Below are positions 1 through 9,799 of a DNA stretch of 64,000 nt, one piece after another. Every line of letters starts with the position of its first letter. Positions within the stretch are counted from its first letter, which is position 1. The DNA comes from Candidatus Zixiibacteriota bacterium (GTDB taxonomy: Bacteria; Zixibacteria; MSB-5A5; UBA10806; 4484-95): contig JBBIRK010000002.1 of the NCBI GenBank assembly GCA_037441845.1, positions 1 to 64,000 on the forward strand, in the 5' to 3' direction. Position numbers and translations under genes: made by a program. The notes beneath the pieces were generated by a model, which saw only the letters and a program-made list of their open reading frames with translations, was not told where the DNA came from and did not search any database.

Positions 1-295
1 GCTTGCCACTCCGCCATAAGCCGCAATTACCGTATCCTGGTAACCGCCGCCGACCGCCGAATAATTCCCAGAAGCATTATTCAATTGACCGCCACCAATT
101 GACGACGAATATCCACCCGCGGAGTTGAACATTCCACCGCTTACTGTGGCATAACTGCTAAGCGCTGAATTATTATATCCCCCACCCACAAATGCAGCGG
201 TATCTAAGTAAATATTATCGCCGGCCGTATTGGAATAACCGCTTGCCACTCCGCCATAAGCCGCAATTACCGTATCCTGGTAACCGCCGCCGACC
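1..295. repeat. Intragenic direct repeat: 55 identical nt at 1-55 and 241-295
   Basis: gcttgccactccgccataagccgcaattaccgtatcctggtaaccgccgccgacc occurs twice, 240 nt apart. A second, degenerate pair starts at 131 and 326 (offset 195). Confidence 0.95.
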
Positions 296-1800
296 ATCGA
301 TGCATATCCGCCGGCAGAGTTAGATATTCCACCGCTTACCGTGGAATAACTACTAAACGCAGTATTATCATATCCCCCACCCACAAAGGCAGCTGTATCG
401 GTGGACGCACCACCGGCCATATTGGAGTAACCGCTGAATACACCACCATATACTGCGTTAGCCGTATCCTGATAACCGCCGCCGACCGTCGAATAGCTTC
501 CTCCGGCTACGTTTGCCCAACCTCCGTTAATCGCCGATGAAAACCCACTGGCGATATTTCCTTGACCGCCGCCGATCGCCGAAAAATTCCCCCCGCTTAC
601 AACGTTCTGGAACCCCCCACCGACCACCGCCCAATCGCCGCTGGCGGCATTATTCGAACCGCCGCCGATCGCCGACCAATTTCCACCAGCCGCATTATTA
701 TCGCCTCCGGCTATCGCTGAAGCAATTCCGCCGGCAGCGTTATTTTGTCCGCCGCCGATCGCAGCCCACGCCCCGGCAACAGTATTGTTTTGTCCGCCGC
801 TTATCGCCGAATAATCTCCCCCGGAAAACGCAGCGTTACCCAAACCGCCGGCTATCGCCGCATAGCTTGCCCCGGCAACGTTGTTCTGACCACCGCTGAC
901 CGCCGATAAATCCCCTGCAGCGACGTTATAAAGGCCACCACCCACCACACAATACTTATAATCTTGCCCGCTTGTCCCGGTCGTGCAGGCAATCCCCAGA
1001 TTCACATGCGTCGAATCAGCATTGCCATAGAGCACGTTTCCGTTTCGAGCCAACCCCCAACTGCCACCACTCATTAGCGTCGTATCCGCCGTGTCGGTAA
1101 TATGATACACCCATTTACTATCGCCACCCGAACCAACCGAATCATTTTGCGCCGCCCAGGCCGAACCGTTCCATTTCATTACCTGACCGATTGCCGCCCC
1201 GTTCTGACCGATATCGATAAAACCTATCGTGCCGTCTTGAATCTCAGCCCCGGTTATTACATGGGTATGACCAACCGGTGCAAAAGCGCTGGCATGCTGA
1301 CCATCGAGCATGTCCGCGTCAAACGCATAGTTGGCCGTATCCGAGCTCGCCGAATACGGCGCCATGGTCAGTTTCTGCCGCGGCATCTCCAGATCCCCCT
1401 GAACCTGAACCGATATATAATAGGTGGTATCGAATGGAAGAGTTATCGGACCCACTTGAGCCGAAAAAAAACCTCCGGTCGTTCCCACCGACACACTCGG
1501 ACTGGTCCACAACGCCACTCCACCCGTGGCTTGATCGTAAATCCTAAATGTCAAATTGTAAGTGCTGTCGGCAACCGGGGCATTGGCATTGGTTTTAAGT
1601 ATCCCCTGATAGGTCAACGTCCGTTCGATCGCCGCCGTAGCCACAATCTGCCCATCATCACCGATATGCCCTATCTGGCCCACCGGAACAACCGGCAAAC
1701 GACTCCTTCCTCCGCTTTCATCTGCTTCTTCCGCAGTCGATAGCCGGCCGGAAAAGACCAGCAACAACATCAGCAATGCAATTCGGAACAACGATTTCAT
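1..1800 (-). CDS. Secreted fibre/adhesin-like protein with 15-aa Gly-rich repeats; 3' end runs off the window start
   Basis: Not in the ORF track; translated by hand from ATG at 1800 with RBS GGAAAGGAG: MKSLFRIALLMLLLVFSGRLSTAEE (signal peptide), then TYQGILKTNANAPVADSTYNLTFRIYDQATGGVALW, typical of secreted tail-fibre-like proteins. The region 1-950 encodes repeats of the type STVGGGYQDTANAVY. Confidence 0.8.
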   Translation of the reverse strand, partial: MKSLFRIALLMLLLVFSGRLSTAEEADESGGRSRLPVVPVGQIGHIGDDGQIVATAAIERTLTYQGILKTNANAPVADSTYNLTFRIYDQATGGVALWTSPSVSVGTTGGFFSAQVGPITLPFDTTYYISVQVQGDLEMPRQKLTMAPYSASSDTANYAFDADMLDGQHASAFAPVGHTHVITGAEIQDGTIGFIDIGQNGAAIGQVMKWNGSAWAAQNDSVGSGGDSKWVYHITDTADTTLMSGGSWGLARNGNVLYGNADSTHVNLGIACTTGTSGQDYKYCVVGGGLYNVAAGDLSAVSGGQNNVAGASYAAIAGGLGNAAFSGGDYSAISGGQNNTVAGAWAAIGGGQNNAAGGIASAIAGGDNNAAGGNWSAIGGGSNNAASGDWAVVGGGFQNVVSGGNFSAIGGGQGNIASGFSSAINGGWANVAGGSYSTVGGGYQDTANAVYGGVFSGYSNMAGGASTDTAAFVGGGYDNTAFSSYSTVSGGISNSAGGYASMVGGGYQDTVIAAYGGVASGYSNTAGDNIYLDTAAFVGGGYNNSALSSYATVSGGMFNSAGGYSSSIGGGQLNNASGNYSAVGGGYQDTVIAAYGGVAS

Positions 1801-2371
1801 GTCGCTTCTCCTTTCCTGAATGTTTTATGGTTTATGTTAACTATGCTTATTCCTTCACCAGTCGGGCGATTCTCCACATAGCGTCCGTTGGATATTGTAG
1901 ATGGTTGACGGATTTGGTGACAAAAACAACCAAAACCGAATCGGCGGTCGGACCAAGAATCATTCTGAACGGCGGCTGAGAAGTTATCACTATCAACCAG
2001 AGTCACATTAGGCGACTTCTGCTTATACATTTCAGACTAAATTTTATACCCGGACCGTTTCGGTTGAACGCCTTGACGGAAGTAATGGGCTGTTCTCCCT
2101 ATTATAGACTAAATAGACCTATAAAGTCCATTGTGATTATTTTATTATTATTCATGTTGATTGTCAAGATATTTTATTCCGTATGATTAAATCGTGCAGA
2201 AGCATCGAAATTGTGCATTTATGGCAATTAAAAATATGGGCTTATGCAATACGTCAGAGGCAAAGGGTTGCCGATACTTCCGTTAACCTACACCCTGAAA
2301 CTGCGCGAAAGCGGGAATCTACATCCCACAGAAACAAGCGTTATCAAATCCTATTTACCTACGACAAAACC

Positions 2372-2400
2372 AAAAAGCGCCAGGTCAAAAACCCGGCGCC
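2372..2400 (-). terminator. Rho-independent terminator closing the capsid operon
   Basis: Minus strand GCGCCGGGT-TTTTG-ACCTGGCGC followed by TTTTT, just after the stop of 2433..2810. Confidence 0.7.
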
Positions 2401-2432
2401 TCCTGTCACGAAAGAGGAATGGGGAAAATCGT

Positions 2433-2810
2433 TCAACTTTGCGCTTCAATAGCCCCCTTCGGCGCGAATGCTTGTTTCCGTCTTAACGCCGCTTGGGCCG
2501 CCCGGGTCGCGGTCTCCCGCCCCACACCGGTTATTTCGATTATTTTATCTATCGCCCGATCCAGCCATACCGACCAGGACGCGCCGGGATATTTCTGCAC
2601 GAAATAGTCGGTGACGTCATCGGCTATGATCAGAACATGTTCGGCTATCTCCCGGGCAAGGCGCGCCTGCAACAGCGGCACCAGATAGCGTCGGGTGAAA
2701 ACCGCCACCGCGATAAGCAGGATCGCCCCTAATGCTTCCAGCGCGCGACTGCTCAAAAAATCGCCGATAAATTGGAATATGCCGGCTTGCATCATGATAA
2801 TTTCCTTCAT
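2433..2810 (-). CDS. Small membrane protein, holin-like
   Basis: 125 aa, RBS GGAGG, one N-terminal TM helix (ALGAILLIAVAVFT) followed by amphipathic helices; last gene of the capsid operon. The holin call is by architecture and position only. Confidence 0.5.
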   Translation of the reverse strand: MKEIIMMQAGIFQFIGDFLSSRALEALGAILLIAVAVFTRRYLVPLLQARLAREIAEHVLIIADDVTDYFVQKYPGASWSVWLDRAIDKIIEITGVGRETATRAAQAALRRKQAFAPKGAIEAQS

Positions 2811-2857
2811 ATTGCCTCCCTTTTCTAAAGCATTTATTTATATTAGCGTCATGGTTC

Positions 2858-4984
2858 TCATTGAAGCTGCCAGCTGGTGCGATCCGGAACCTCGACCTCC
2901 AAGCGATACACTATTCCCGAACCATGCTTGATCGTGAACAGGTAACGCGAATAAGGACTGGTCAGCTTGGAATTCGGGTATAGGTCGATCTGCCAGTATC
3001 CGGTCGAATCGGAAAAAACCGACCTGTTGAACGGAGTAATCACCACATCGCCGTATTTCACGGGATGATATTGCCTGGGGATTTCCACCGCGATTTCCGC
3101 GTTTTTCGCCCGGCCGCCGCTTATATCGTAAATCCAGCCGTAAACCCGGCAGAGATCGGCCTGAGGCGGATGGCCCGGATCGAACCGCTCCAAACATAGA
3201 GTATCGCTGCCGCCCTCAGCTCCAACGCTGATAGTGTCGATAATCTGCTTGAACCCATCGGCCGCCGCTACGACGAGATAACTTGTCGAATCGAGATAAA
3301 GCAGCCGCCGCCCGTTAATATCGGTGGGCGCATTGACCACCCGGGTCGTGCGGCCGTCGAGCAGATTGACTCTGATTCTGGCCCCGGCAATCGCGGCTTG
3401 GCTTTCCGAATCGAGCACCACGATCGTTTCGGGATAGGCAGCCCAGCCGAACCAGGCGAATTTTAGCGAGTCGATACGGCGGACGACCGAGTCGGGCAGG
3501 TTCATCACCGTGATTATCGAATCGGCGCCGGTGGCATGCAGCCCGATCGAATCATAATAAGTGGAATCGAATTTCGCTCCGCTGTATTTTTCGGTTTTTA
3601 CATTGTCGCCGGCCGCGCCGCTGTAATCGCCCAATTTCATGTGAAGCGAAACTTGGGGCGTGGATATCCCGTGTTTCCCGACATACGCCTGCAACGTGTC
3701 CAGATTCGATTTGAGGTTGTCGGTACCGTTTCCGATGAATGCGCCCAGCTTATCCTGAATATTGCCGCCGATCGTATCCCACTGCGGCGTGGAGTTGGGA
3801 TACCCTATCAGGCCGCGCAACTGTTCGAGCCGCCGCCAAAGCGAATCGGGGGTGGCGTCGTCGGCGATTTGCACCCCTGACTTCACTTCATTTACGATCC
3901 GTTGCGAGACGACATCGTCATCCCAAACCGATCTGGCTATGGCCGCGGTATCCACCACCGGTGTTCCGGCGTTTTTGACGTAGACGGTATCCGCTCCGCC
4001 TCCGGAGGTGTATTTGCGGGCGAAGCCGTTGTTGAGCATCATTGTCTTGATAGCGCTCGTATCGGCGCCGCCCGACACACCTCCCAGCGAGTCGTCGTTG
4101 AAATCATGAAACCAATCCGCCTGCCAATCGCCCATACCGGCGGCCGTGTCGGATTTCGGATTATCCCAAGGGTTATCGTCTATCGCTCCGACCGCCTTGT
4201 CGAGATACAAATTCAGTCTGCCGCCCGGCATATCAAGATTATCATCGCTGGAGAGGTCATAGTGCCAGATATCGTTTACCCCCCAGGTGGTGTTGACATT
4301 GTTGGTCACCGAGGTCGTCGTATTGACCAAATTTATCGTAGTGCCGCTCAGATTGACCGTTGTTGTTGGGTTGCTGATATCCGCCCAATTGATGCCGATG
4401 TTGTCGGAAGCGGTCAGGGTTGAACGGCTGGATATGGCGGCGTCGAGATATGCGGCTCGTGTATTAGTATAAGCAGTATTCAACCGTTGTAACGAATCAA
4501 GCACTGCGAACAAACTGTCTCGCAATATCACATACTGATTGTCTTGATTTTGTATCGAATCTATGAGAGCCATTATCGTATCGGTCATCTCCCCGATACC
4601 CACGTTGTTGACATAGTAGCACCCTTTGGCGACCGTATGCGCCCCGTCGGAACCGAATCCGACCGCCCAATAGGTATAAAGACCCAGATCGCCGCTCGAA
4701 TTTGCTGCTTTCGCACGATACTCGAAACAAGCGGTGAATGGAAACGATGATCCGATGTCATAATTCTCCGGCACGGACAATTTCGCTGAATTAAACACCG
4801 TCCCTTTGTAAGCTTGCGCTATCCAAACCGAGTCGAAATCCGCCGACAGATTGGTGCCGTCGCTGTTCCAGATATTGAAGGTGATAACCACTGTATCATC
4901 TACACCGCCTGAGCCGTTATCCATGAACGCATAGCCGTAGGCGGCAATCGACAAAATCATCAACCAACCCGCTATCTTTAACAT
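2858..4984 (-). CDS. Large secreted protein with C-terminal carboxypeptidase-regulatory/Ig-like beta domains
   Basis: 708 aa; signal peptide MLKIAGWLMILSIAAYGYA; Asp/Thr/Asn-rich middle; C-terminal AIAGARIRV...TDINGR and VYGWIYDISG...SDSTGYWQIDL motifs. Confidence 0.75.
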   Translation of the reverse strand: MLKIAGWLMILSIAAYGYAFMDNGSGGVDDTVVITFNIWNSDGTNLSADFDSVWIAQAYKGTVFNSAKLSVPENYDIGSSFPFTACFEYRAKAANSSGDLGLYTYWAVGFGSDGAHTVAKGCYYVNNVGIGEMTDTIMALIDSIQNQDNQYVILRDSLFAVLDSLQRLNTAYTNTRAAYLDAAISSRSTLTASDNIGINWADISNPTTTVNLSGTTINLVNTTTSVTNNVNTTWGVNDIWHYDLSSDDNLDMPGGRLNLYLDKAVGAIDDNPWDNPKSDTAAGMGDWQADWFHDFNDDSLGGVSGGADTSAIKTMMLNNGFARKYTSGGGADTVYVKNAGTPVVDTAAIARSVWDDDVVSQRIVNEVKSGVQIADDATPDSLWRRLEQLRGLIGYPNSTPQWDTIGGNIQDKLGAFIGNGTDNLKSNLDTLQAYVGKHGISTPQVSLHMKLGDYSGAAGDNVKTEKYSGAKFDSTYYDSIGLHATGADSIITVMNLPDSVVRRIDSLKFAWFGWAAYPETIVVLDSESQAAIAGARIRVNLLDGRTTRVVNAPTDINGRRLLYLDSTSYLVVAAADGFKQIIDTISVGAEGGSDTLCLERFDPGHPPQADLCRVYGWIYDISGGRAKNAEIAVEIPRQYHPVKYGDVVITPFNRSVFSDSTGYWQIDLYPNSKLTSPYSRYLFTIKHGSGIVYRLEVEVPDRTSWQLQ

Positions 4985-4985
4985 C

Positions 4986-7900
4986 TTATTCCCCCATCAT
5001 TATCATGCGTCGCCGGCGTGAAACCGACTCTGACATTAGACTCGAAAACCATATTTCGGGTTCATTGCTGACCCACTTCACGATCCTTATTTCGTCCATA
5101 GGTAAACTGTTCAGATAATTATTCCCTCTCCAAAACAAACTGTCGAACTGGGTGAGCCAACCGCAATCGCTGAACATCAGCTTGCCGTAACGATAGCCGC
5201 TGACTCCATTGGAATTGACCACAAAGGAAATCTCATGATATTGAGCTGTGCCCAAATACCATGAGGTATCCTGGTCCATGGTATCGCCGTAATAAAGACC
5301 ATGATGGAGACCGTCTATTTGAATGCCGAACCAATCGGTGTCATCTTTGAGCCTGAACCTGCCGTTGCTCGAAAGCGTCGCGTTGAGATGGACGATCAGC
5401 TTGACGTTGGTGAGATTTGAGCCGATATATCGCCGGGCTTCCTTCCCCGCCCCGGTGCTCCATACGAAATTTTTACCCGACCATATCAGGTCCTTGCTTA
5501 TATAGGGACTGCTTTTATCGAAATACTGCCTTATCTCCACTCCAGCGGCGGCGATCCATGAATTATAGCCGTTCAAAGCGGTGCCGCCGGCCGCATTCTC
5601 GAAATTCTCATACCATAAAAATATATTGTCGGGATTGTGCTTGGCCGTGTCGGCGTCTCTATTGCCGTAATACACCTGGAAAACTCTGGCGTATGCGCTT
5701 TGGCTGTCGGCGGGAACGGTCGTCGCAGGATTCGATGGTATCGCCCAGTTCACGATCGCCGAATCCATGCCGACCGCCTCGAAAATCCTGTCGAGCTCAT
5801 ACCAGCTTATCACGCCGTTGTTGTTCCGAGCCATCACGATTCGAATATCGTTGCCGTCGAAGCGGGTGGCGGGATACGGCTCCAAATTGATGTGGTCGAC
5901 GAACTGATTGCGGGACCGTATCATCTGTTTCGAGTGGCCGTCTATGGCCAACGGCCAAACTGCAAGTCTTCCGGAACCGCCGGCTGTATTCATAGTCAAG
6001 TATCTTCCCGACCAACGGTCTTCCCAACCATCGCTGAATATGTCCGCACATTTCCACTCGTAGAGTTCGGCGCCGTAGTATTTGGTGCCCGCAGTCAAAG
6101 TATCGGGATAGACATTGGAATAAACATACAGGTCGCCGCCCTGTAATATCTGATAGCCCGAGGACAAATAATCGAAAGCCCGGGGATGCCGTTTCGACCC
6201 TTGCGCTATCAGATACGAGTGCATGACCGTGCCGCCGCTGTCCAAAAAAGTCTGCGAAAAAGTGTCGGGCAATTCTATACCCAGAAACCCTATTCGCATA
6301 TACGACAGGGTATTGACGCTGTCCCGCAATTCCGATGGCGTGTCTATATTGTCGAAAGTATCTCTGGCGGCATAAGCAACACTGCGTAAATACGAGCAGA
6401 CGGCTCTGTCGGATGTAGTTCCAGATGGCGTGAACTTGCTCGGCCATGCCCCTATGGTTCCGCTCTGCCAGTATATTTCACCGCTGACAGGCACCCGATA
6501 TATGCGAACGCTGTTACCCGAAACTTTCGTGAACATTACGACATAGTTGGTGTCGTCTTTTATCTGCGCTCCGTTGACGAATTTCAGGCTTGTCCAGTAG
6601 CTCGTATTCGTTCCCGCCAAAGTCTTATGATAAGTGGAATCTACAAATGAGCTGTCCGCCCGCCGATAAACAGCCGCCCTGATTACTTGTGTTCCTACCG
6701 TGTCATTTACCAATACCCAGACAGAGTCAAGATACCCCGTAGCGCTTGCCTTGATACTGCCGCCCCGAGGATAGGTGATTTCATATTTGGTCGCACCCGC
6801 CGAATCCAAAGTCGAAAACGAGGTGTTTTTGACATCGACCGAGGCTGCGCAGATTACCTTAATCCCCGATGTCGTGCCTTGCTTTATTTCCACCGAAAAA
6901 GTGTCGTTATCGCCGACATCGACCGCCTCGAATCTCGTGTCGCCGGTCAAGTTCATAACATCGAAGATACCGTCCGTCGCATTCCATTTGGCGAACATGG
7001 TGGGCACCGGCCAGCGTCCGCCGGCGGCATCGCCGTAACCCGCTGTTGGATAATCGTCGAGACTGAAACTTATCAAGGTTTGTCCGCTGTCAACTATTAA
7101 TGTCGGCGTATTGGTGAATGGATTCGGGCTCCACGCCGAATCGGGATTCTGTGCTTGCCAGACGTAATTGCACTTGCCATAATAAATATTGTTGATTGTA
7201 TCCCAGTTCGCCGTATTCTTGCCGATAGTATCCGCCGAGCCGAGCTTGAACCAGAATGGAAACCCCGTTGAATCCGAATTATAGGGCGAATAGACCAGCG
7301 AAATCGCTCTGGTTTTGTTGGCCGCTTGATAGTAGTCGTGCCACGACAACAACAGCCATAGGGTATCGTTTTCGACATAACAACCGCCGTTGTAAATCGA
7401 AGGACCATAGCCGGAAATTTTGTCTTTGTATGTGGCTATAAACCGCTTATTCCCCCAGCCGGCATAGGACGAACCGTTCCAGATATTCTTGACGTAGCCG
7501 TAATGCGATTTGTAGGTTGCCCCAGAACCAGTGGAATACCTGAAAAACAGATATAAATTACCGTTGTCGGTCATGGCCAATCTCGGATAGGTGCACGAAT
7601 CCGCACCGCTTGGGTCGGGCATAGTATCCCACATGACGATATTTATGCCCGAACCTTCGACATGGGCGCTGTCGGTGCGGAAATACTTGAACTGCCCATG
7701 ATGCGCCCCCCGAACCGCATGAAGTTTATGGTCAGCACCGATTATCAAGTGAAGCGGATTGTGAACATCCCCCGCATAATACACCGCCACCCGCCCATGC
7801 CAAGTTCTGGTGCTGAAATCATATCGGTTGACATAGTTTATCATCGACCCGGTAGAATCCTGACCGATATAGGTGATATATAGAAAATCATCGTAGTAGA

Positions 7901-8600
7901 CGACTTGCTGACTGCCGTCGATTCCGTAGTTGACCGCACACAACGAATCCAATACAATATCATAACCAGTCGGAAATTTCATGCTGACTGTATAGCTGCT
8001 GGGTAAAAGACTATGCGAAGTGCCGAATCTGATATTGCGGCGGAATTTGCAATCTACTATCGCCGAATCAATGCCGCTGGAATATGTCGGCCAGTGCGGT
8101 GTCACCCCCCAGAAACTGTTCCATGCCGACCAATTAGATGCTGTCGTCTCCGCCCCCGCATAAGTGCGGCATCGCCACCAATAACGATAACCGTCCCGTA
8201 TTTCGTCCATATAGGTCGAATCGCCTTTGATACGATAAGTGCGTTCATCAGCATAAAAAGTATCGTCGCCGGCAAAAGTAACCTTGCCGGTATTCCAGAT
8301 TGCCGTGGTGGTGTCGGTGGTGTCTCTGACTGCTTGTATCTGGTATCGCCAAGCCGAGTCCTGTTTTACCCGCCACGAGAACATCGGCGTCCAATCGACA
8401 AGATTGGTGGAATCGGGATTCTTGTAGCCGTTGAAATAAACGGCATTAGAATCATCAAACCAGAAATGCTCCGATTTCCAAGTGGTGACCAAAAGCGAAT
8501 CAGGCGCATTTTGAGCATACGCTTCTCCAATAACACTTATCACGATTAATACACTCGTGATTCGGACCGACAAGAATGGTGTCAATTTTATTTTTCTCAA
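4986..8600 (-). CDS. Large secreted multidomain protein: FnIII-like N-terminus, BNR-type beta-propeller, DUF2341-like region
   Basis: 1204 aa; signal peptide ending AYA; YWWRCRT (FnIII-like); DVHNPLHLIIGADHKLHAVRGAHH and TYPRLAMTDNGNLYLFFR (BNR_4-like); FDGNDIRIV...QVYYGN...IFLWYENFE (DUF2341-like). Confidence 0.75.
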   Translation of the reverse strand: MRKIKLTPFLSVRITSVLIVISVIGEAYAQNAPDSLLVTTWKSEHFWFDDSNAVYFNGYKNPDSTNLVDWTPMFSWRVKQDSAWRYQIQAVRDTTDTTTAIWNTGKVTFAGDDTFYADERTYRIKGDSTYMDEIRDGYRYWWRCRTYAGAETTASNWSAWNSFWGVTPHWPTYSSGIDSAIVDCKFRRNIRFGTSHSLLPSSYTVSMKFPTGYDIVLDSLCAVNYGIDGSQQVVYYDDFLYITYIGQDSTGSMINYVNRYDFSTRTWHGRVAVYYAGDVHNPLHLIIGADHKLHAVRGAHHGQFKYFRTDSAHVEGSGINIVMWDTMPDPSGADSCTYPRLAMTDNGNLYLFFRYSTGSGATYKSHYGYVKNIWNGSSYAGWGNKRFIATYKDKISGYGPSIYNGGCYVENDTLWLLLSWHDYYQAANKTRAISLVYSPYNSDSTGFPFWFKLGSADTIGKNTANWDTINNIYYGKCNYVWQAQNPDSAWSPNPFTNTPTLIVDSGQTLISFSLDDYPTAGYGDAAGGRWPVPTMFAKWNATDGIFDVMNLTGDTRFEAVDVGDNDTFSVEIKQGTTSGIKVICAASVDVKNTSFSTLDSAGATKYEITYPRGGSIKASATGYLDSVWVLVNDTVGTQVIRAAVYRRADSSFVDSTYHKTLAGTNTSYWTSLKFVNGAQIKDDTNYVVMFTKVSGNSVRIYRVPVSGEIYWQSGTIGAWPSKFTPSGTTSDRAVCSYLRSVAYAARDTFDNIDTPSELRDSVNTLSYMRIGFLGIELPDTFSQTFLDSGGTVMHSYLIAQGSKRHPRAFDYLSSGYQILQGGDLYVYSNVYPDTLTAGTKYYGAELYEWKCADIFSDGWEDRWSGRYLTMNTAGGSGRLAVWPLAIDGHSKQMIRSRNQFVDHINLEPYPATRFDGNDIRIVMARNNNGVISWYELDRIFEAVGMDSAIVNWAIPSNPATTVPADSQSAYARVFQVYYGNRDADTAKHNPDNIFLWYENFENAAGGTALNGYNSWIAAAGVEIRQYFDKSSPYISKDLIWSGKNFVWSTGAGKEARRYIGSNLTNVKLIVHLNATLSSNGRFRLKDDTDWFGIQIDGLHHGLYYGDTMDQDTSWYLGTAQYHEISFVVNSNGVSGYRYGKLMFSDCGWLTQFDSLFWRGNNYLNSLPMDEIRIVKWVSNEPEIWFSSLMSESVSRRRRMIMMGE

Positions 8601-8615
8601 TTCCCCCCCTATGGA

Positions 8616-9428
8616 TTACGCTGGGCGACCGCCGCCGAGGCCGCCGGCCGCTTCGCGGGAAAAAGAATCGAGCAGCTCGAACGCATCGGCGCGATATTGC
8701 CCGGCAAGCTCGGCCCAAACACCGGTTCCAACCGCCCTGGTATCGCTGGCCGCCGCCGCGGCCCGAATACGGCAAATAATCGAAACGGCAAGAAAAGTAT
8801 GGGCGACCACCAGTCGGTAGTCGCTTGAACCTGCTTGAGCCTGATCGAGATGGGACTGCAACAAACCGACGGCTTCCTCTATCGCAGCGGCAATCAGTTC
8901 GTCGCTTATCGATGCCGTATTCGCTTGATAATCTATAAGCAGATTCTGACCGCTTAGAATTTCACTATCGGCCAGCCGCCTGATCGTTCCGTTCTCGTAA
9001 TCGATTCGATAATCGATCCCTTTCCGATAGATCCGGTACGGAAGATACCATACGGAAACCCGGGTCTCCTCAGGGATATCGCCGCTCTCGATTCTGGTGA
9101 TAATTCCGCTGTCGTAATCGGCCAGGAAATCGACGTTTTCCCGAAATATCCGGCGCAACGAACCGTTGTCGGCGATGACGATCGTATCCGCGGCTATGGC
9201 CCCGCGCGACAAACGAGCCAAGCCGTCCTGATCGAATATCAAATCTTCGCGGGAGGGCCTATAGTCGGTGACCGCTTTCAAAAGCTCGCTTCCGGAAATG
9301 ACCGCCCTTCGAGACAGATATGCCGGATCGGAACCGACCAGCCGCACCCTTTCTTCGCGGACGCTGATCGGCAAGGCGACCATGCCGCCCACATGATTTC
9401 TGACAAGATCGATTGTCGTGTAACTCAT
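8616..9428 (-). CDS. Putative head-completion/adaptor protein with inserted beta-repeat domain
   Basis: N-terminal MSYTTIDLVR and C-terminal ISDELIAAAIEEA helical bundle resemble phage head-tail connectors; two ENVDFLADYDSGIITR / KGIDYRIDYENGTIRR repeats lie between them. Confidence 0.55.
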   Translation of the reverse strand: MSYTTIDLVRNHVGGMVALPISVREERVRLVGSDPAYLSRRAVISGSELLKAVTDYRPSREDLIFDQDGLARLSRGAIAADTIVIADNGSLRRIFRENVDFLADYDSGIITRIESGDIPEETRVSVWYLPYRIYRKGIDYRIDYENGTIRRLADSEILSGQNLLIDYQANTASISDELIAAAIEEAVGLLQSHLDQAQAGSSDYRLVVAHTFLAVSIICRIRAAAAASDTRAVGTGVWAELAGQYRADAFELLDSFSREAAGGLGGGRPA

Positions 9429-9799
9429 CTGAAATCGTTCTCCATTATGAACAAATCCACGACGGCATCGCCTGTGCTCCGCCGATCGCGGCAGATGCGA
9501 AAGCCGGTTTCATACGGTCGATCTATCAGATAGCAATTGGCCTCGGAACGCGGAATTATGATCACCACCGGTGCGATAATCGATTGCGGCAGCGGGTTTC
9601 CGAAAATATCCGTTAGGCTCTCGAAATCCACGGCTTGTTGCCGGCCGCCCAGCAATGGAAGGCAGAACATGACCCTCGCCGGATCGCCCGACTCGGTTAA
9701 AACCAGTAGAAAATCGACCGCGCTTTCCACTCCGTAGATCGTAATCCCCGACACCACCCAGCGGCGGCCACCCCGCAAAAAGCTCAAAGTGCCGTTCAC
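9425..9799 (-). CDS. Hypothetical protein in capsid operon
   Basis: 124 aa; 4-nt overlaps with both neighbours. Confidence 0.7.
   Translation of the reverse strand: MNGTLSFLRGGRRWVVSGITIYGVESAVDFLLVLTESGDPARVMFCLPLLGGRQQAVDFESLTDIFGNPLPQSIIAPVVIIIPRSEANCYLIDRPYETGFRICRDRRSTGDAVVDLFIMENDFR

Noticed and set aside
1..950. CRISPR array or DGR template/variable repeat
   Set aside because: The repeats are in-frame coding units with no unique spacers, and no cas or reverse transcriptase gene is in the window.
537..1743. Plus-strand ORFs 537..899 and 1102..1743
   Set aside because: Antisense shadows of the real minus-strand gene starting at 1800.
1797..2030. 77-aa ORF overlapping the fibre gene start
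   Set aside because: No clear RBS or recognisable motif; probably leader sequence.
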